Assembly (NCBI RefSeq): GCF_006345805.1
Contig: NC_043003.1
Span: forward strand, 97,774,001 to 97,838,000
DNA: 64,000 nucleotides
From: Octopus sinensis
Taxonomy: Eukaryota
Reading direction: 5' to 3'
Part shown: positions 25,342 through 37,569 of the stretch, piece by piece
How positions within the stretch are numbered: position 1 is the stretch's first letter
How the letters are laid out: every line of letters begins with the position of its first letter
Notes under the pieces: model-generated
Seen by the model: the letters and a program-made list of their open reading frames with translations, nothing else
The model's database searches: none
Told to the model about the DNA's origin: nothing
Translations under genes and position numbers: made by a program

Positions 25342-26254
25342 GTGAGTATAAATATTTATTTCAGTCTCTCTCCAACATATTTTAATCTAATATAATTTCT
25401 AAAACTGTTTGCTTTGAAATTTTAGTTTTTGTATTAGTTGGTAAACAACAGTATTATTAGTTACATGTTTCCAATGAAACTAATCTCTGGATTGAGCAAT
25501 AAAGGAGCGTTTATATTTCAGTACATAACAAATACTTCTAAGGACTTTGAAGAATACTTAATTTTTGGCTTTCTCAATAATGTTTTGTTTTTTATTGATA
25601 TCAGTGAAAGATGTTCACATACATATACACGGGCACACACATGCATGCACACACATGCATGCACACACATGCATGCACACACATGCATGCACACACATGC
25701 ATGCACACACACATGATGGGATTCTACATAATTTAGTTACCAAGTTTCACTAAGAAATCATTGGTCAACTTGAGGTTATTGTTTAAATTATACTTGTCCA
25801 AAGTGCTGAACAGTGAGAGAGAATTTAAAACCATGTTGTTTCAAAGCAAACTTTTTAAAGACACAGCCTTATCTGTATAATATATAACATGGTTAATGTA
25901 GAAAGCTAAGGAATTTTAATTAAATTAAAATTACATCTGTAGTGAGGAGAAAGAATATTGGTCTTAATTGATATTAATTTTAATCAAGATTGGCCAAGTG
26001 ATACCCCAGTTTTTGTTGCATAGGATGCTTGTGTTAAACAGATTAATGGCTGTCAGAGAGCTATTTATTCATGGATTACTTATGTTTATTGTCATCTAAC
26101 TCTTTTGAAAGACAATGTGGTCTTGCACCATTTGTTTAGTTGGGGTCTCCTGCCTCTATAAAACTGTGTCTTTGATAAAAGTTCATGTTAGACAAATGAA
26201 AGCCTATGGTTGGTCATAGTTTCTTTCCCTCTATTTTTGTCATTTTTTTCTCTT

Positions 26255-27242
26255 TCCTCTGCACCTCTCACATCCTCTGTTCACCTGTAGTGGTCCCTCC
26301 TCTGCACCTCTCACATCCTCTGTTCACCTGTAGTGGTCCCTCCTCTGCACCTCTCCCATCCTCTGTTCACCTGTAGTGGTCCCTCCTCTGCACCTCTCAC
26401 ATCCTCTGTTCACCTGTAGTGGCCCCTCCTCTGCACCTCTCACATCCTCTGTTCACCTGTAGTGGTCCCTCCTCTGCACCTCTCCCATCCTCTGTTCACC
26501 TGTAGTGGTCCCTCCTCTGCACCTCTCACATCCTCTGTTCACCTGTAGTGGTCCCTCCTCTGCACTCTCACATCCTCTGTTCACCTGTAGTGGTCCCTCC
26601 TCTGCACCTCTCACATCCTCTGTTCACCTGTAGTGGTCCCTCCTCTGCACCTCTCACATCCTCTGTTCACCTGTAGTGGTCCCTCCTCTGCACCTCTCCC
26701 ATCCTCTGTTCACCTGTAGTGGTCCTCCTCTGCACCTCTCCACATCCTCTGTTCACCTGTAGTGGCCCCTCCTCTGCACCTCTCACATCCTCTGTTCACC
26801 TGTAGTGGTCCCTCCTCTGCACCTCTCCCATCCTCTGTTCACCTGTAGTGGTCCCTCCTCTGCACCTCTCACATCCTCTGTTCACCTGTAGTGGTCCCTC
26901 CTCTGCACCTCTCACATCCTCTGTTCACCTGTAGTGGTCCCTCCTCTGCACCTCTCACATCCTCTGTTCACCTGTAGTGGTCCCTCCTCTGCACCTCTCC
27001 CATCCTCTGTTCACCTGTAGTGGTCCCTCCTCTGCACCTCTCACATCCTCTGTTCACCTGTAGTGGCCCCTCCTCTGCACCTCTCACATCTTCTGTTCAC
27101 CTGTAGTGGTCCCTCCTCTGCACCTCTCACATCCTCTGTTCACCTGTAGTGGTCCCTCCTCTGCACCTCTCACATCCTCTGTTCACCTGTAGTGGCCCCT
27201 CCTCTGCACCTCTCACATCTTCTGTTCACCTGTAGTGGTCCC
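26255..27242. repeat. 43-bp minisatellite, 23 copies
   Basis: Unit TCCTCTGCACCTCTCACATCCTCTGTTCACCTGTAGTGGTCCC. 988 bp, only point variants and three 1-bp indels, no spacers. Confidence 0.97.
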
Positions 27243-28159
27243 AATCTTCATGATTTCTTTCTGGCTCCTGGAATCTTCTACTGTTATTCCCCAGAATCTC
27301 AGGATCAACCATACAGCCCTACTCATCATATTTACAATTGGTTGTTTTAGAAAAAGTGCACTGCTAAGTGTTCTGAAGCTCATGACCCCTCAACCATACT
27401 GACCTTCAATTTGACTTAGCCAAGCTGAGCATAATGGAGGCACATGGCTTAATTATTAGGGTGTTGGATTCATGATTGTAAGATTGTGGTTTCGATTTCT
27501 GGACTGGGCAAATGCATTGTATCTTGAGTAAAACATTTCATTTCCTGTTGCTCCAGTCCACTCAGCTGGTAAAAATGAGTAATCCTGTGATAGACTGTCA
27601 TTCCATCCAGGGAGGAATATATACCAGGAAAACTGGGAATATGCTCTTTATGGAGTAATGTGGACTAACCAAGCTGAGCATAGACATCACTATGATGACA
27701 TGGAAATGTACCATAACTCTTGAAGAATTATTTCCATTACCACTGAAAATTTCATATTCATGTATTATTCGCCAACATGATGTAGAACTTCTGATGTCTC
27801 TGTCTCTTTAGATGGTTATCTTGATGACTATATAAACTTTATGTAAACTTTGACAACACAGTGATTGATTGTCTGTCTTTTCTCTTTTGTAAACCATTAT
27901 ATAGTAAACACTTTGATTGCAGTTTATCATTTGGTGTAATATCCATGTACTCAAGTTGACATTGAATTCACAAACTTTGAGTGTAATTCAGGATTCCAAT
28001 ACTCTTATACCTTCACCTATGGGACGATGTAGGTTCAACCCCAGCCCCAGCACAAATAAATAGAACTTGACAAATAGAGATAAAAAATATTTCAAAACAT
28101 TGTTTGGAAGCACAATGAGACTAAGGGTTTTTGGATCGTAGAGTGACTCGCTGTTCTTG

Positions 28160-28633
28160 AGGATTCGAAGACCCGACAAATGAAGTGAGTTCATGCTTGC
28201 AGGACAGCCTGCTGCGCTGACCTTGGATCGTAGAGTGACCTGCTGTTCTTGAGGAGACCTGTTGAGTCAAGTTCGTCAACATCAAAAATTCGAATGGTAA
28301 TTGTAGTTAAGACACCCGTGCTGGTGACACGTAAAAAGCACCGTTTGAGCATGGCAGTTACTAGCGTCGCCTGACTGGCATCCGTGTCGGTGACACGTAA
28401 AAGCACCAACCGATCATGGCCGTTTGCCAGTATGCGCTGGCTCCTGTGCCGGGTGCACGTAAAAAACACCCACTACACTCACGGAGTGGTTGGCGTTAGG
28501 AAGGGCATCCAGCTGTAGAAACTCTGCCAAATCAGACTGGAACCTGGTGCAGCCTCCATGGCTTCCCAGAACCTGGTCGAACCATCCAACCCTTGCTAGC
28601 ATGGAAAACGGACGTTAAATGATGATGATGATG
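28160..28633 (+). mobile_element. Family C repeat
   Basis: GTAAAAAGCACC internal repeats, GGCGTTAGGAAGGGCATCCAGCTGTAG core and GTTAAATGATGATG tail. Confidence 0.75.
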
Positions 28634-29201
28634 ATTGTTTATGTAACAGAAATAATGTCATCATTCCATTATTATTTCCATAACTAAAGAGCCATTCCAT
28701 AGCATCCCTGAATTTTACGTGCTAGTTTACAGTTGTCCAGCATACCCTTCTCATTACATTGGCCATGGGGTCCATTCCAGCTACAGTTCTATTATGGCTC
28801 AAAATAAAGTACATAATTTGTTTATTTCAGTTTGCATAGTTGACAAACAGTTCAATTCCTAACTGACTGAGGAGTTTTTAGCAGTAACAAGGGTAATCAG
28901 TAAACCAAAAAGTGCATTATAAATACTTTTCATAGACTTTTAATTATTGATCAACCTAATTAATCTGTTGGATGGAATTTGTGGCTTTCATGCATTTGTT
29001 TTTTAAACAATTAGCACTTTAAATGAGGTTGTGGACTTGGATTGTTGAGTGTACCATCTTACTCTGTGCTGGTTAAGTACATAGTTGGAAAGTGTGTTAA
29101 CCATTTTTTTTTGTTGAGCCATTATTATCTTACAACAGCACATCAAATTATCATAGGTAGTTAGTGTGTCTGTGTACACACACACACACACACACACACA
29201 T

Positions 29202-29570
29202 AGGCGCAGGAGTGGCTGTGTGGTAAGTAGTTTGCTTACCAACCACATGGTTTTGGGTTTAGTCCCGCTGCATGGCACCTTGGGCAAGTGTCTTCTACTA
29301 TAGCCTCGGGGCTGACCAAGACCTTGTGAATGGATTTGCTAGATGTAAACTGAAAGAAGTCCGTTATGTTTGTGTGTCTGTGTTTGTCCCTCCACCATTG
29401 CTTGACAACCAATGTTGGTGTGTTTACGTTCCTGTAACTTAGCAGTTCGGCAAAAGGGACCAGTAAAATATGTACTAAGCTTACAAAGAATAGGTGCTGG
29501 GGTTTATCTGTTTCACTAAAGGCGGTGCTTCAGCATGGCCACAGTCAAATGACAGACATATAAAAGAATT
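29202..29570 (+). mobile_element. SINE family A
   Basis: Older, more diverged copy of the 4009-4411 family. Confidence 0.8.
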
Positions 29571-29577
29571 ATGTGAG

Positions 29578-29880
29578 TGAAGGTGCATGGCTTAGTGGGA
29601 GTATTCAGCTTACAATTGTAAGGTTATTGAGTTTTATTCCCAGCAGTATGCTGTGTCCTTGAGTAAGACACTTTATTTCATGTTGCTCCACTCCACACTT
29701 GGCTGGCAAAAATGAGTTGTACCTATAATTCAACGGGTCAGCCTCATCACATTCTGTGTCATGCTGAATCTCTCTGAGAACTATGTTAAGGATACATGTG
29801 TCTGTGGAGTACTCAGCCACTTCCATGTTAATTTCACAAGCAGGCTGTTCCGAGAAACCCTCATTGTCATAACCAATGAA
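29578..29880 (+). mobile_element. tRNA-headed SINE, family D
   Basis: GTGAAGGTGCATGGCTTAGTGG.. head. The body GCTGAATCTCTCTGAGAACTATGTTAAG matches the inverted fragment at 61790-61925. Related heads lie at 16.7, 17.3, 23.5, 27.5, 39.4 and 46.5 kb. Confidence 0.7.
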
Positions 29881-30063
29881 GTGCCAGTTTTAGTTTTCCC
29901 TCTTTGATTCCCTTTTTCTCATTATATCATTCCATATGTGTGTATGCACATACATACTGCTCACAGATAATTTTGAAAAATAGATCTTCAAAACAACAGA
30001 AGAAAATTATTTTTACTTTGCTCTATAGTTTTCTTAAATTCATTCATTCATTTGTCTTTGTAG

Positions 30064-30188
30064 CCATTTTGTCGCGGCTTAAAATATCTTGCTTGGAAAG
30101 TGAAAAGAAAGACTTCAAACAAAAATATCTGGAGAGTCTACACAAGTATACAACATCACTGCTTGGCCGACCACTGGAGAAGATTCAC
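30064..30188 (+). CDS. EXOC1: EXOC1 exon ([21 protein letters not shown]...LGRPLEKIH)
   Basis: ctttgtag| ... |gtatgt, 125 nt. Matches [20 protein letters not shown]...LGQPLEKLN. Confidence 0.96.
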
Positions 30189-31116
30189 GTATGTCTCATT
30201 TTAACATAACTCTCCTGCTTGTGAAGTTCACTATGTTTCACCTTTCCATCGCACTTCTGAAATTCTTTTCTCACCTATGTTTTTCCTGTAAATATTTACT
30301 TACAAGTATCCAAACTGAACTTCAATGACTTTAATCTCTCTAACTTGGGAGAAAACACTTTGGACAATGTAGTCAATGGGGAACTATGCCTGAAAAATGT
30401 CTAGAATGTTATGACTGGAATGCTTTTGATCAGGACCATGTTGGGGCCAGTCAGCAACTGCTTAATAATCCGTTCTACTATAAGTACAAGGCCTGAGATT
30501 TGGAGAGAGGGGACTACTTGATTACATGACTCCAGTGTTTCACTGCAATTTAATTTATCAACTCCGAAAGGATGAAAGGCAAAGTTAACCTTGGCGAAAT
30601 TTGAACTCAGAACATGAAGACAGATGAAATACTGTTTAAGCATTTTGCTCGGTGTGAGGATTGAGTTTGGGAACAGAATTGTTGTTTCTTGTTTCAAGGT
30701 TCTATGATGTGTATTCTATTACTGCTTGCTAGGATATTTGATGTTGAAATGTTCAGTCCTACTAAATTCAATAAAACCTTGAGGTGGTATAAATCACTTC
30801 TGTTTATAGTTGTAGTACTGTATAATTGATGGGGTTTTGAGGTGCTGATATAAGATATGAGTGTGGTCTGGAGAGACAGGCTCTGTCAGGTTTACATGCC
30901 AAATACTGATATATGGTTATGAACTGTCTTACTTGGCTCTACAGTCTGTATGCTTAAGAGAATCACTTTTTAACATGCACAAAAATAATGTAAAGAACTT
31001 TTGAAAAATTAATTGTTTTTGTTATAAAAAGTTCTGAAATTTGAATAGATTATTATATAGTGAAGAAGAAAAGTCTAACAATTTGATCAAGACCCTTTGT
31101 TGGAATGAGTTGAAAC

Positions 31117-31473
31117 CATCATCATCATCATCATCATTTAGCGTCCGCTTTCCATGCTAGCATGGGTTGGACGGTTCAACTGGGGTCTGGGAAGCCAGAA
31201 GGCTGCACCAGGCCCAGTCTGATCTGGCAATGTTTCTACGGCTGGATGCCCTTCCTAACGCCAACCACTCCATGAGTGTAGTGGGTGCTTTTGCATGCCA
31301 GACGAGGCTGGCAAACGGCCACGATTGGATGGTGCTTTTTATGTGCCACTGGCACGAGGCCAGTCGGGGCGGTGCTGGCAACAGCCACGTTTGGATGGTT
31401 TTCTTACGTACCACCGGCACTGGTATCACAGCTGCAATTTCCATTGATGTTGATCGATTTTGATTTTGATTTT
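31117..31473 (-). mobile_element. Family C repeat
   Basis: Reverse complement of 33374-33695, with the same 5' truncation point (AATCAAAATCGATCAACATCAATGG). Confidence 0.85.
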
Positions 31474-31527
31474 CACTATGTTAATATTTGTTACAATATT
31501 CAACTTTTGTGTATTTCAATTTTACAG

Positions 31528-31650
31528 ATATTTTTCGAAGGCGTTGAAAGTAGAGTTGCTGCTGGTGTGAAAATGGAGGAGGTCGGTTACCAGCTAGCCT
31601 TCAGCAAACAAGAACTAAGAAAAGTCATTAAAGAATACCCTGGCAAAGAG
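31528..31650 (+). CDS. EXOC1: EXOC1 exon ([41 protein letters not shown])
   Basis: ttttacag| ... |gtaaac, 123 nt. Near-identical to the Sec3 motif [38 protein letters not shown]. Confidence 0.97.
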
Positions 31651-31974
31651 GTAAACTTTACTCTTATTCTGTATTGGGTTGCTTTAGCACTAAGAAAATG
31701 GTTTGGTCCTTGAATCTTGGAATGATTAAACCAAATGTAAGGCAAATTTCTTTGTCTGCTATTGCTAAAGCAGTGGTTTTGTTCCTGGACACTTATTTGC
31801 TGACCCCCTAAACCCTCAAGGGATCTAGGGACCAGTAAAGAGCAAAGAGTTAAGGTCCCTTACTTAAGCAGCATTAAATGTTCAACTCTTTATAGAATTC
31901 TGTTTCAGCACATATTTTCTTGTCAACCATTGATATGATATCCTAAAAAAGGTTATGGCTACTGCCAGTCTCTT

Positions 31975-32202
31975 TTAACCCTTTTGTTACCATATTTATT
32001 TTGAGATGTTCTGTGTTTCTTTCAGTTAATTTTAAATATAAAAAAGAATTTAGTAAAATAACTTAGTTATCATTAAGCTAGTGTGACTAAAGTTTAGTGG
32101 AACATAAATTGTCACTAAAGTTTGGAGGAAGATTTTAATTCAAAACTTATGAAAACAAGACATTTGTACTGGTTTCAGCTGGTTTGGTGTTGAAAGGGTT
32201 AA
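31975..32202. mobile_element. piggyBac-like MITE (family P2)
   Basis: TTAA-CCCTTTTGTTAC ... TGAAAGGG-TTAA. Paralogue of 8186-8411. Confidence 0.75.
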
Positions 32203-33373
32203 TGAATAAGCAGCATAAAATTATACTTATTATAATAGATACTGGTGTCACATGGTGTTTCAGTGATTGAGTAAGTCAGGGGAGGATGAGCATTGCCCCA
32301 AACCTCATTTTGATGGACATTGGAGAACTCGTAGTTTATCTTTTGACTAGAAACTAAGTCCAAATGCCCACAACAGGGTGGGCACTACTAAAGTCACTGA
32401 AAAGCCAGTTGGTGATGTTAAACTGGAGGACAGAATAAGTTGAATACCTAAGTACAGTCCAGCCAACAGGCTTCCTTACATTTTCCATCTATTGAATTTC
32501 AGTCATTTCGATTGATCTAAATCTATTGTAGAAGACACAAGCCCTTGGTGCTGGGCCGTGGGATTGAACAAGAAATCATGTGATTGTGGAGAATACTCTT
32601 TAATTACGTTAATGACTATACCTGTAACTGTAGAAAATATTAAACACTTACTCCAGTAATTCATATGTAAATGTTACAGATGTAGTGGAATGTGTGAGTG
32701 GATAGAGTACAGACATGCTCCACCCTATGTCTTTAATTGGTTCCAGGAGACACGACTTAAGTTGAATTAACTTGTCTCTAGGCTAGGGTAGGCCGAATAT
32801 ATTTGTCTCTAGGCTAAACCGATAATAACCATTCCTAGTTCTGTACTTTATTTATGGTTAATAATACATGGTTAATAAAAACCTATTTTAAGCTTAGAAA
32901 CAAATAAGCTTTATTTTTTAATAAAGTACAGTGAAAAAAAAATGTAATCTAGATCTATGAATACAATTTGGCAGTATTTACCGTACATTGTTGGACGCTT
33001 TATTTATAAATGTGGTTTGTAATAAGACATAGTAAAATAAAAATCTTTTTTAAGCTTAAAAAAACAAATTCAATAATTATTATTATTATTTCACAATAAT
33101 AAAAAAAAAACTAAATTATTTTAAATTTACCAATACATACAATTTTGTGATTTTGTGATTTTGTTCACTAAGCTACACTACTTTATGGTGTGTATCTTAA
33201 CATTTACTGTATGTATTTTAAAATGATATTATATGCTTTTATTCTTATTTATTGTACAGAGACATGATTTTATGTGCTTTGCACAGTTTTCTAGTGATTT
33301 TACGACTCCAATATTTGTGGCGGACAGACGTAAAGTCGAGTAAAATGACTTAACTTGATTTCTATTTTATATA

Positions 33374-33695
33374 AATCCAAATCAAAATCGATCAACATCA
33401 ATGGAAATTGCAGCTGTGATACCAGTGCCGGTGGTATGTCAGAGAACCATCCGAACGTGGCCGTTGTCAGCGCCGCCCTGACTGGCCTCGTGCCGGTGGC
33501 ATGTAAAAAGCACCATCCAATCGTGGCCGTTTGCCAGCCTCGTGTGGTACATAAAAAGCACCCACTACACTCACGGAGTGGTTGACGTTAGGGAGGGCAT
33601 CCAGCCGTAGAAACATTGCCAGATCAGACTGGGCCTGGTGCAGCCTTCTGACTTCCGAAACCCCAGTTGAATCGTCCAGATGATGATGATGATGA
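33374..33695 (+). mobile_element. Family C repeat
   Basis: Inverted partner of 31117-31473 and of 34079-34640. Confidence 0.85.
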
Positions 33696-34078
33696 TATAT
33701 TATTTTTGAAAACCAAAGTATAATTGAGAACGACTTAAATTGAAACAACTTAAGCTGTGGTATGCCTGTATTGAGCTCCAGTTTTTTTTTTGTCTGGGTT
33801 AAAATTGACTGAAGGTACTTAATTCTACAAAACTCACTTGATTTAAATGATAAGTATGTCTATAGTATCTTCTGGGAATGTTTGTGATATTCTGGCATTC
33901 TGTCTGGGAGAAACTGACCTTTCATTCATTTAGGGACTATGGAATCTGGAACCAAATACAGGTCTTAATGAAGAAATCATCATTATCATTGTTTTAATGT
34001 CTGCTTTTCCATGCTTGCATGGATCATATGGAATTCATTGAGGCAGATTTTAGTGTTGCCAACTCTCATCTGCTTCTA

Positions 34079-34640
34079 CCATCATCATCATCATTGTTTA
34101 ATGTCCGCTTTCCATGCTAGCATGGGTTGGACGATTTTGACTGAGGGCTGTCGAACCAGATGGCTGCACCAGGCTCCAGTCTTTATTTGGCAGAGTTTCT
34201 ACAGCTGGATGCCCTTCCTAACGTCAACCACTCCGAGAGTGTAGTGGGTGCTTTTTATGTTCCACCAGCACAGGGGCCAGTTAGGCGGTACTGGCAATGA
34301 CCTCGCTCGAATCTTTTTAACATGCCACCAGCACAGGTGCCAGTAAGGCGACGTTGGTAACAATCACGCTCGAATGGTGCCCATTTACGTGCCATCAGCA
34401 CGGAGCCAGTTGGCTGCTCTGGCAACGATCATGCTCGGATGGTGCTCTTGGCACCCTACTAGCACGTGCACAAGTGCCAGTAAGGCGACGCTGGTAACGA
34501 TCACACTCGAATGGTGCCTTTTATGTGTCACTGGCACGGAAGCCGGTTAGCCGTTCTGTCAACGATCACGCTTGTATGGTGCTTCTATGTAAGGTAATAT
34601 TTCCTCTTGGCTGGAAATGCTTTCACAGAAGATTGGAAGT
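34079..34640 (-). mobile_element. Family C repeat with expanded internal tandem repeats
   Basis: CATCATCAT tail, family C core, then repeated GTGCCAGTAAGGCGACG.TGGTAAC.ATCAC.CTCGAATGGTGCC units. Confidence 0.75.
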
Positions 34641-35006
34641 GAATGATACTGCTTGTATGATGGTGGCACTCACTTACAGCCATCACGTGATGTCAGGACA
34701 AGGGCTGAGGGACACACACAAACACACACATACACAGAGGCTTCTTTTAGTTTCCATTTACTTTGGTTGGTCTGGAACTTGTCCACACAGTGGGACTGAA
34801 CCTGAAAGGATTTAGTTGGGAAGTGAACTTCAAAGGCCCAGATGCAGGCTGACCCTTTGAAGAAATATTTGTTTCAATAAATGTCTTAAATGAGATTTGT
34901 TATATAATTGTGTTAGTGAATTGAAAAAGGGAATTGTTTATTGTTTAGAAAAGAATTATGGTCTATGATTTTATAATTCAAGTTTTACATCCATTTCTCT
35001 TCAAAG

Positions 35007-35078
35007 GTGAAGAAAGGTCTGGAACATTTATATCGCAAAGTTGAGAAACATTTGTGTGAAGAAGAGAATCTCTTTGAG
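35007..35078 (+). CDS. EXOC1: EXOC1 exon ([24 protein letters not shown])
   Basis: cttcaaag| ... |gtgagt, 72 nt. Matches [24 protein letters not shown]. Confidence 0.96.
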
Positions 35079-36826
35079 GTGAGTTTCAGTGCCTTCTATC
35101 TTTTCTGTTTTTATTACTGTTTAGTCATGAGGAAAGGGTGGTGTTCATTACCTTTTTCAAGGACTCCAAGACTGCTGGCTGGGAGAGAGGAAGGTATCCC
35201 CAACCTACAGACTTGGCTCCCAAAAGCTTACAACAGAGTGCCTCTCCTAAAAGCTCTCAAGGACCAGTTGTCAGTGCTGAATCATATGATGAATTAAGGC
35301 TACCACAAAGGTAACTCCTCATATATCACACCATGTCATTTCAATAGGTTACCTGACACAGGTTCATATTGTTTTTGCCTCATATCAACTCTGATTAAGC
35401 AGATTTACAGTCAAAGGTGTTCTATTCACAACCTTTCTGTCTTTTTGTATGTCTTGGTATACACTGTTCAACACAACCCTCTTTATTTATGTTAGTTGGA
35501 TGTAATTTGAGTGAGATTTGACTGTTATTTCTAACAGGTCAACCAATCATGTAGAGGCCCCCTCGTTGATGTGATAGTTACAAAGAAATAATATATTAAT
35601 GTTGCATAATGTTCAGCAAATAGTTAGCTGTGTGGAGAGTAGTATGACTCAAAACAAGAATCTCTTTAGCTCTCTAGTTTCTTTTTTGTATGGTTGAATG
35701 CTCTGGGAAAGTTTTCTTAATTGTTTTTTTTTTGTTTTGGAGCCTGATTACAACTCTCTATACTGAAGTGCTTAGAAATCTAGCACAGGATTTGGTTGTC
35801 ATAGGTGCAGTTATTTTGGTGTGTGTCTCTTGCATGTGTGTAGATCTGGTAGAGAAAAGAGTGTTTCAAAATTGATATTGGAGTATCTTTCTAGTATATT
35901 ATTGTTGAGTCTATTATGTTTGTAGGTGTCTCAGAGAGAGAGAGAAAGAGAAAGAAAGGTGTTGAATTGACAGACATTGCAAAGTATTTGCCTCTGTCTC
36001 CTGTCTTCAGATGCTAATGCTGCTATTGAATTTGCTTTCTCATCTTTCTTCAGAGTTATAAAATAAACATTGGCTATATGCTTGGGTTGAGGACTGATCC
36101 AATCAACTATATTTAATCTTTGCTACAGAATGTTAAAGAAAAAAAAATACCAGCTATATACTAGCAGACGAGGCATTTACATTGAGTCAGTGACTGTCTG
36201 CAACTAAAATATACTTTTTTCTGTCTCTGGAACAAGAAAAAAAAGATAGGTACTGGAGTGTCAGACAAAATGCTTTGCAATATTTGGTGTGATTTAAGGT
36301 GGCAAACTGGCAAAATTGTGAACATGCCAGGCAAAAAGCTTAGTGACATTTTGTCCGTCTTTTTGTCCTGCATTCAAATTCTGCTGAGGTTTACTTGCCT
36401 TTCATCCTTAAAAAATGCCACCAGGCATTTTGTCCATGCCAGACAAAAGGCTGAGTGACATTTTTTTCTGACTTTACTTTCTGAGTTTAGATGTCACCAG
36501 GGTTAAACTTTGCATTTCATCCTTTTGGGGTCAATAAAATAAGTATCAGTCGAGCACTGGGGTAAATGTAATCAACTTAAGCCTTAAGTCCCCCTAAGTT
36601 GCTGACCACGTGCCAAAATTTGAAACCAATATTTAACATGGCTGTTTGTGCTTTGAATGTAAATTTTGCTAAGGTCAACTTTACTTTCATCCTTTTGATA
36701 GGGGCCAATAAAATAAAATAGCAGTCAAATGCTTTCTGTTTAATCCACTAACACCTCTCCCCTCAAAATTTCTGAACTCCCTGTATTAACATGATGTATT
36801 TGTTTTCTTTTTTTTTTCTCCTCCAG

Positions 36827-36979
36827 GTGGTTTGGCATACAATGCAAGATGAATTCATTCGAGCATACAAGCATTACGAAAACTTAATAAATAACTGTTA
36901 CCCTGACTCTTTGATATCGCTTGAGTTCAGCATGGCTGATGTGCTCGAGTATTTTTCTAATATTGCTCGATTACATTGA
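36827..36979 (+). CDS. EXOC1: EXOC1 terminal coding exon ([18 protein letters not shown]...IARLH*)
   Basis: Long pyrimidine tract ctccag|, TGA at 36977-36979. Matches the Sec3 C-terminus VVWHSMQDEFIRQYKHFE...SIAQSH. Confidence 0.97.
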   Translation: MVWHTMQDEFIRAYKHYENLINNCYPDSLISLEFSMADVLEYFSNIARLH

Positions 36980-37091
36980 TGCTCTTTAGTCATTTCCATA
37001 GCAAAAACAGAACTAAAAAAAGAAAACCAAAAAAAAAAAAAACCACAGAAAAAAAACATCTTCCCACCTTGAAAAACAAATAGCTATATAT

Positions 37092-37097
37092 AATAAA
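37092..37097 (+). terminator. Candidate polyadenylation signal of EXOC1
   Basis: First AATAAA after the stop (113 nt downstream). The context is AT-rich, so a chance occurrence is possible. Confidence 0.4.
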
Positions 37098-37340
37098 AAT
37101 GTATTTACATATGATTATGGAAAAAAGATAAATAGTTGTAAAATGATACATTATGTTGAAGTTGGTGGTAAGTGGCTGAGATAAGATGTGTTTATTGTCT
37201 CACAAATTGTCTATAATGTAATGTAATATATATTCAGGATATTTATTCTGATTTAGAAAACTGCAGTATATATGTATATATAATTTTGTGTGTATGTGTA
37301 TATAAAATTTTGTGTGTATGTATATATATATATGTATATA

Positions 37341-37416
37341 CAGGATGGCCATAAGCCGTTTTACTCATTTCTTTATTATTATTAAAAAGGGGTAAAGCAA
37401 CTTATGGCCATCCCTG
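37341..37416. mobile_element. 76-bp Tc1/mariner-type micro-MITE
   Basis: TA-CAGGATGGCCATAAG ... CTTATGGCCATCCCTG-TA. Confidence 0.75.
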
Positions 37417-37490
37417 TATAGACACACACACACACACACACACACCATTTTACGCATATGTTTATATTTCCAGCTGTGTAAAATTATAAC

Positions 37491-37569
<79 letters not shown>

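Noticed and set aside
25620-25712. (CACACATGCATG)n self-complementary repeat
   Set aside because: An ordinary 12-bp derivative of a (CA)n microsatellite.
26255-27242. Regular repeat array as a CRISPR locus
   Set aside because: Units are contiguous with no unique spacers, there are no cas genes, and the context is a eukaryotic intron.
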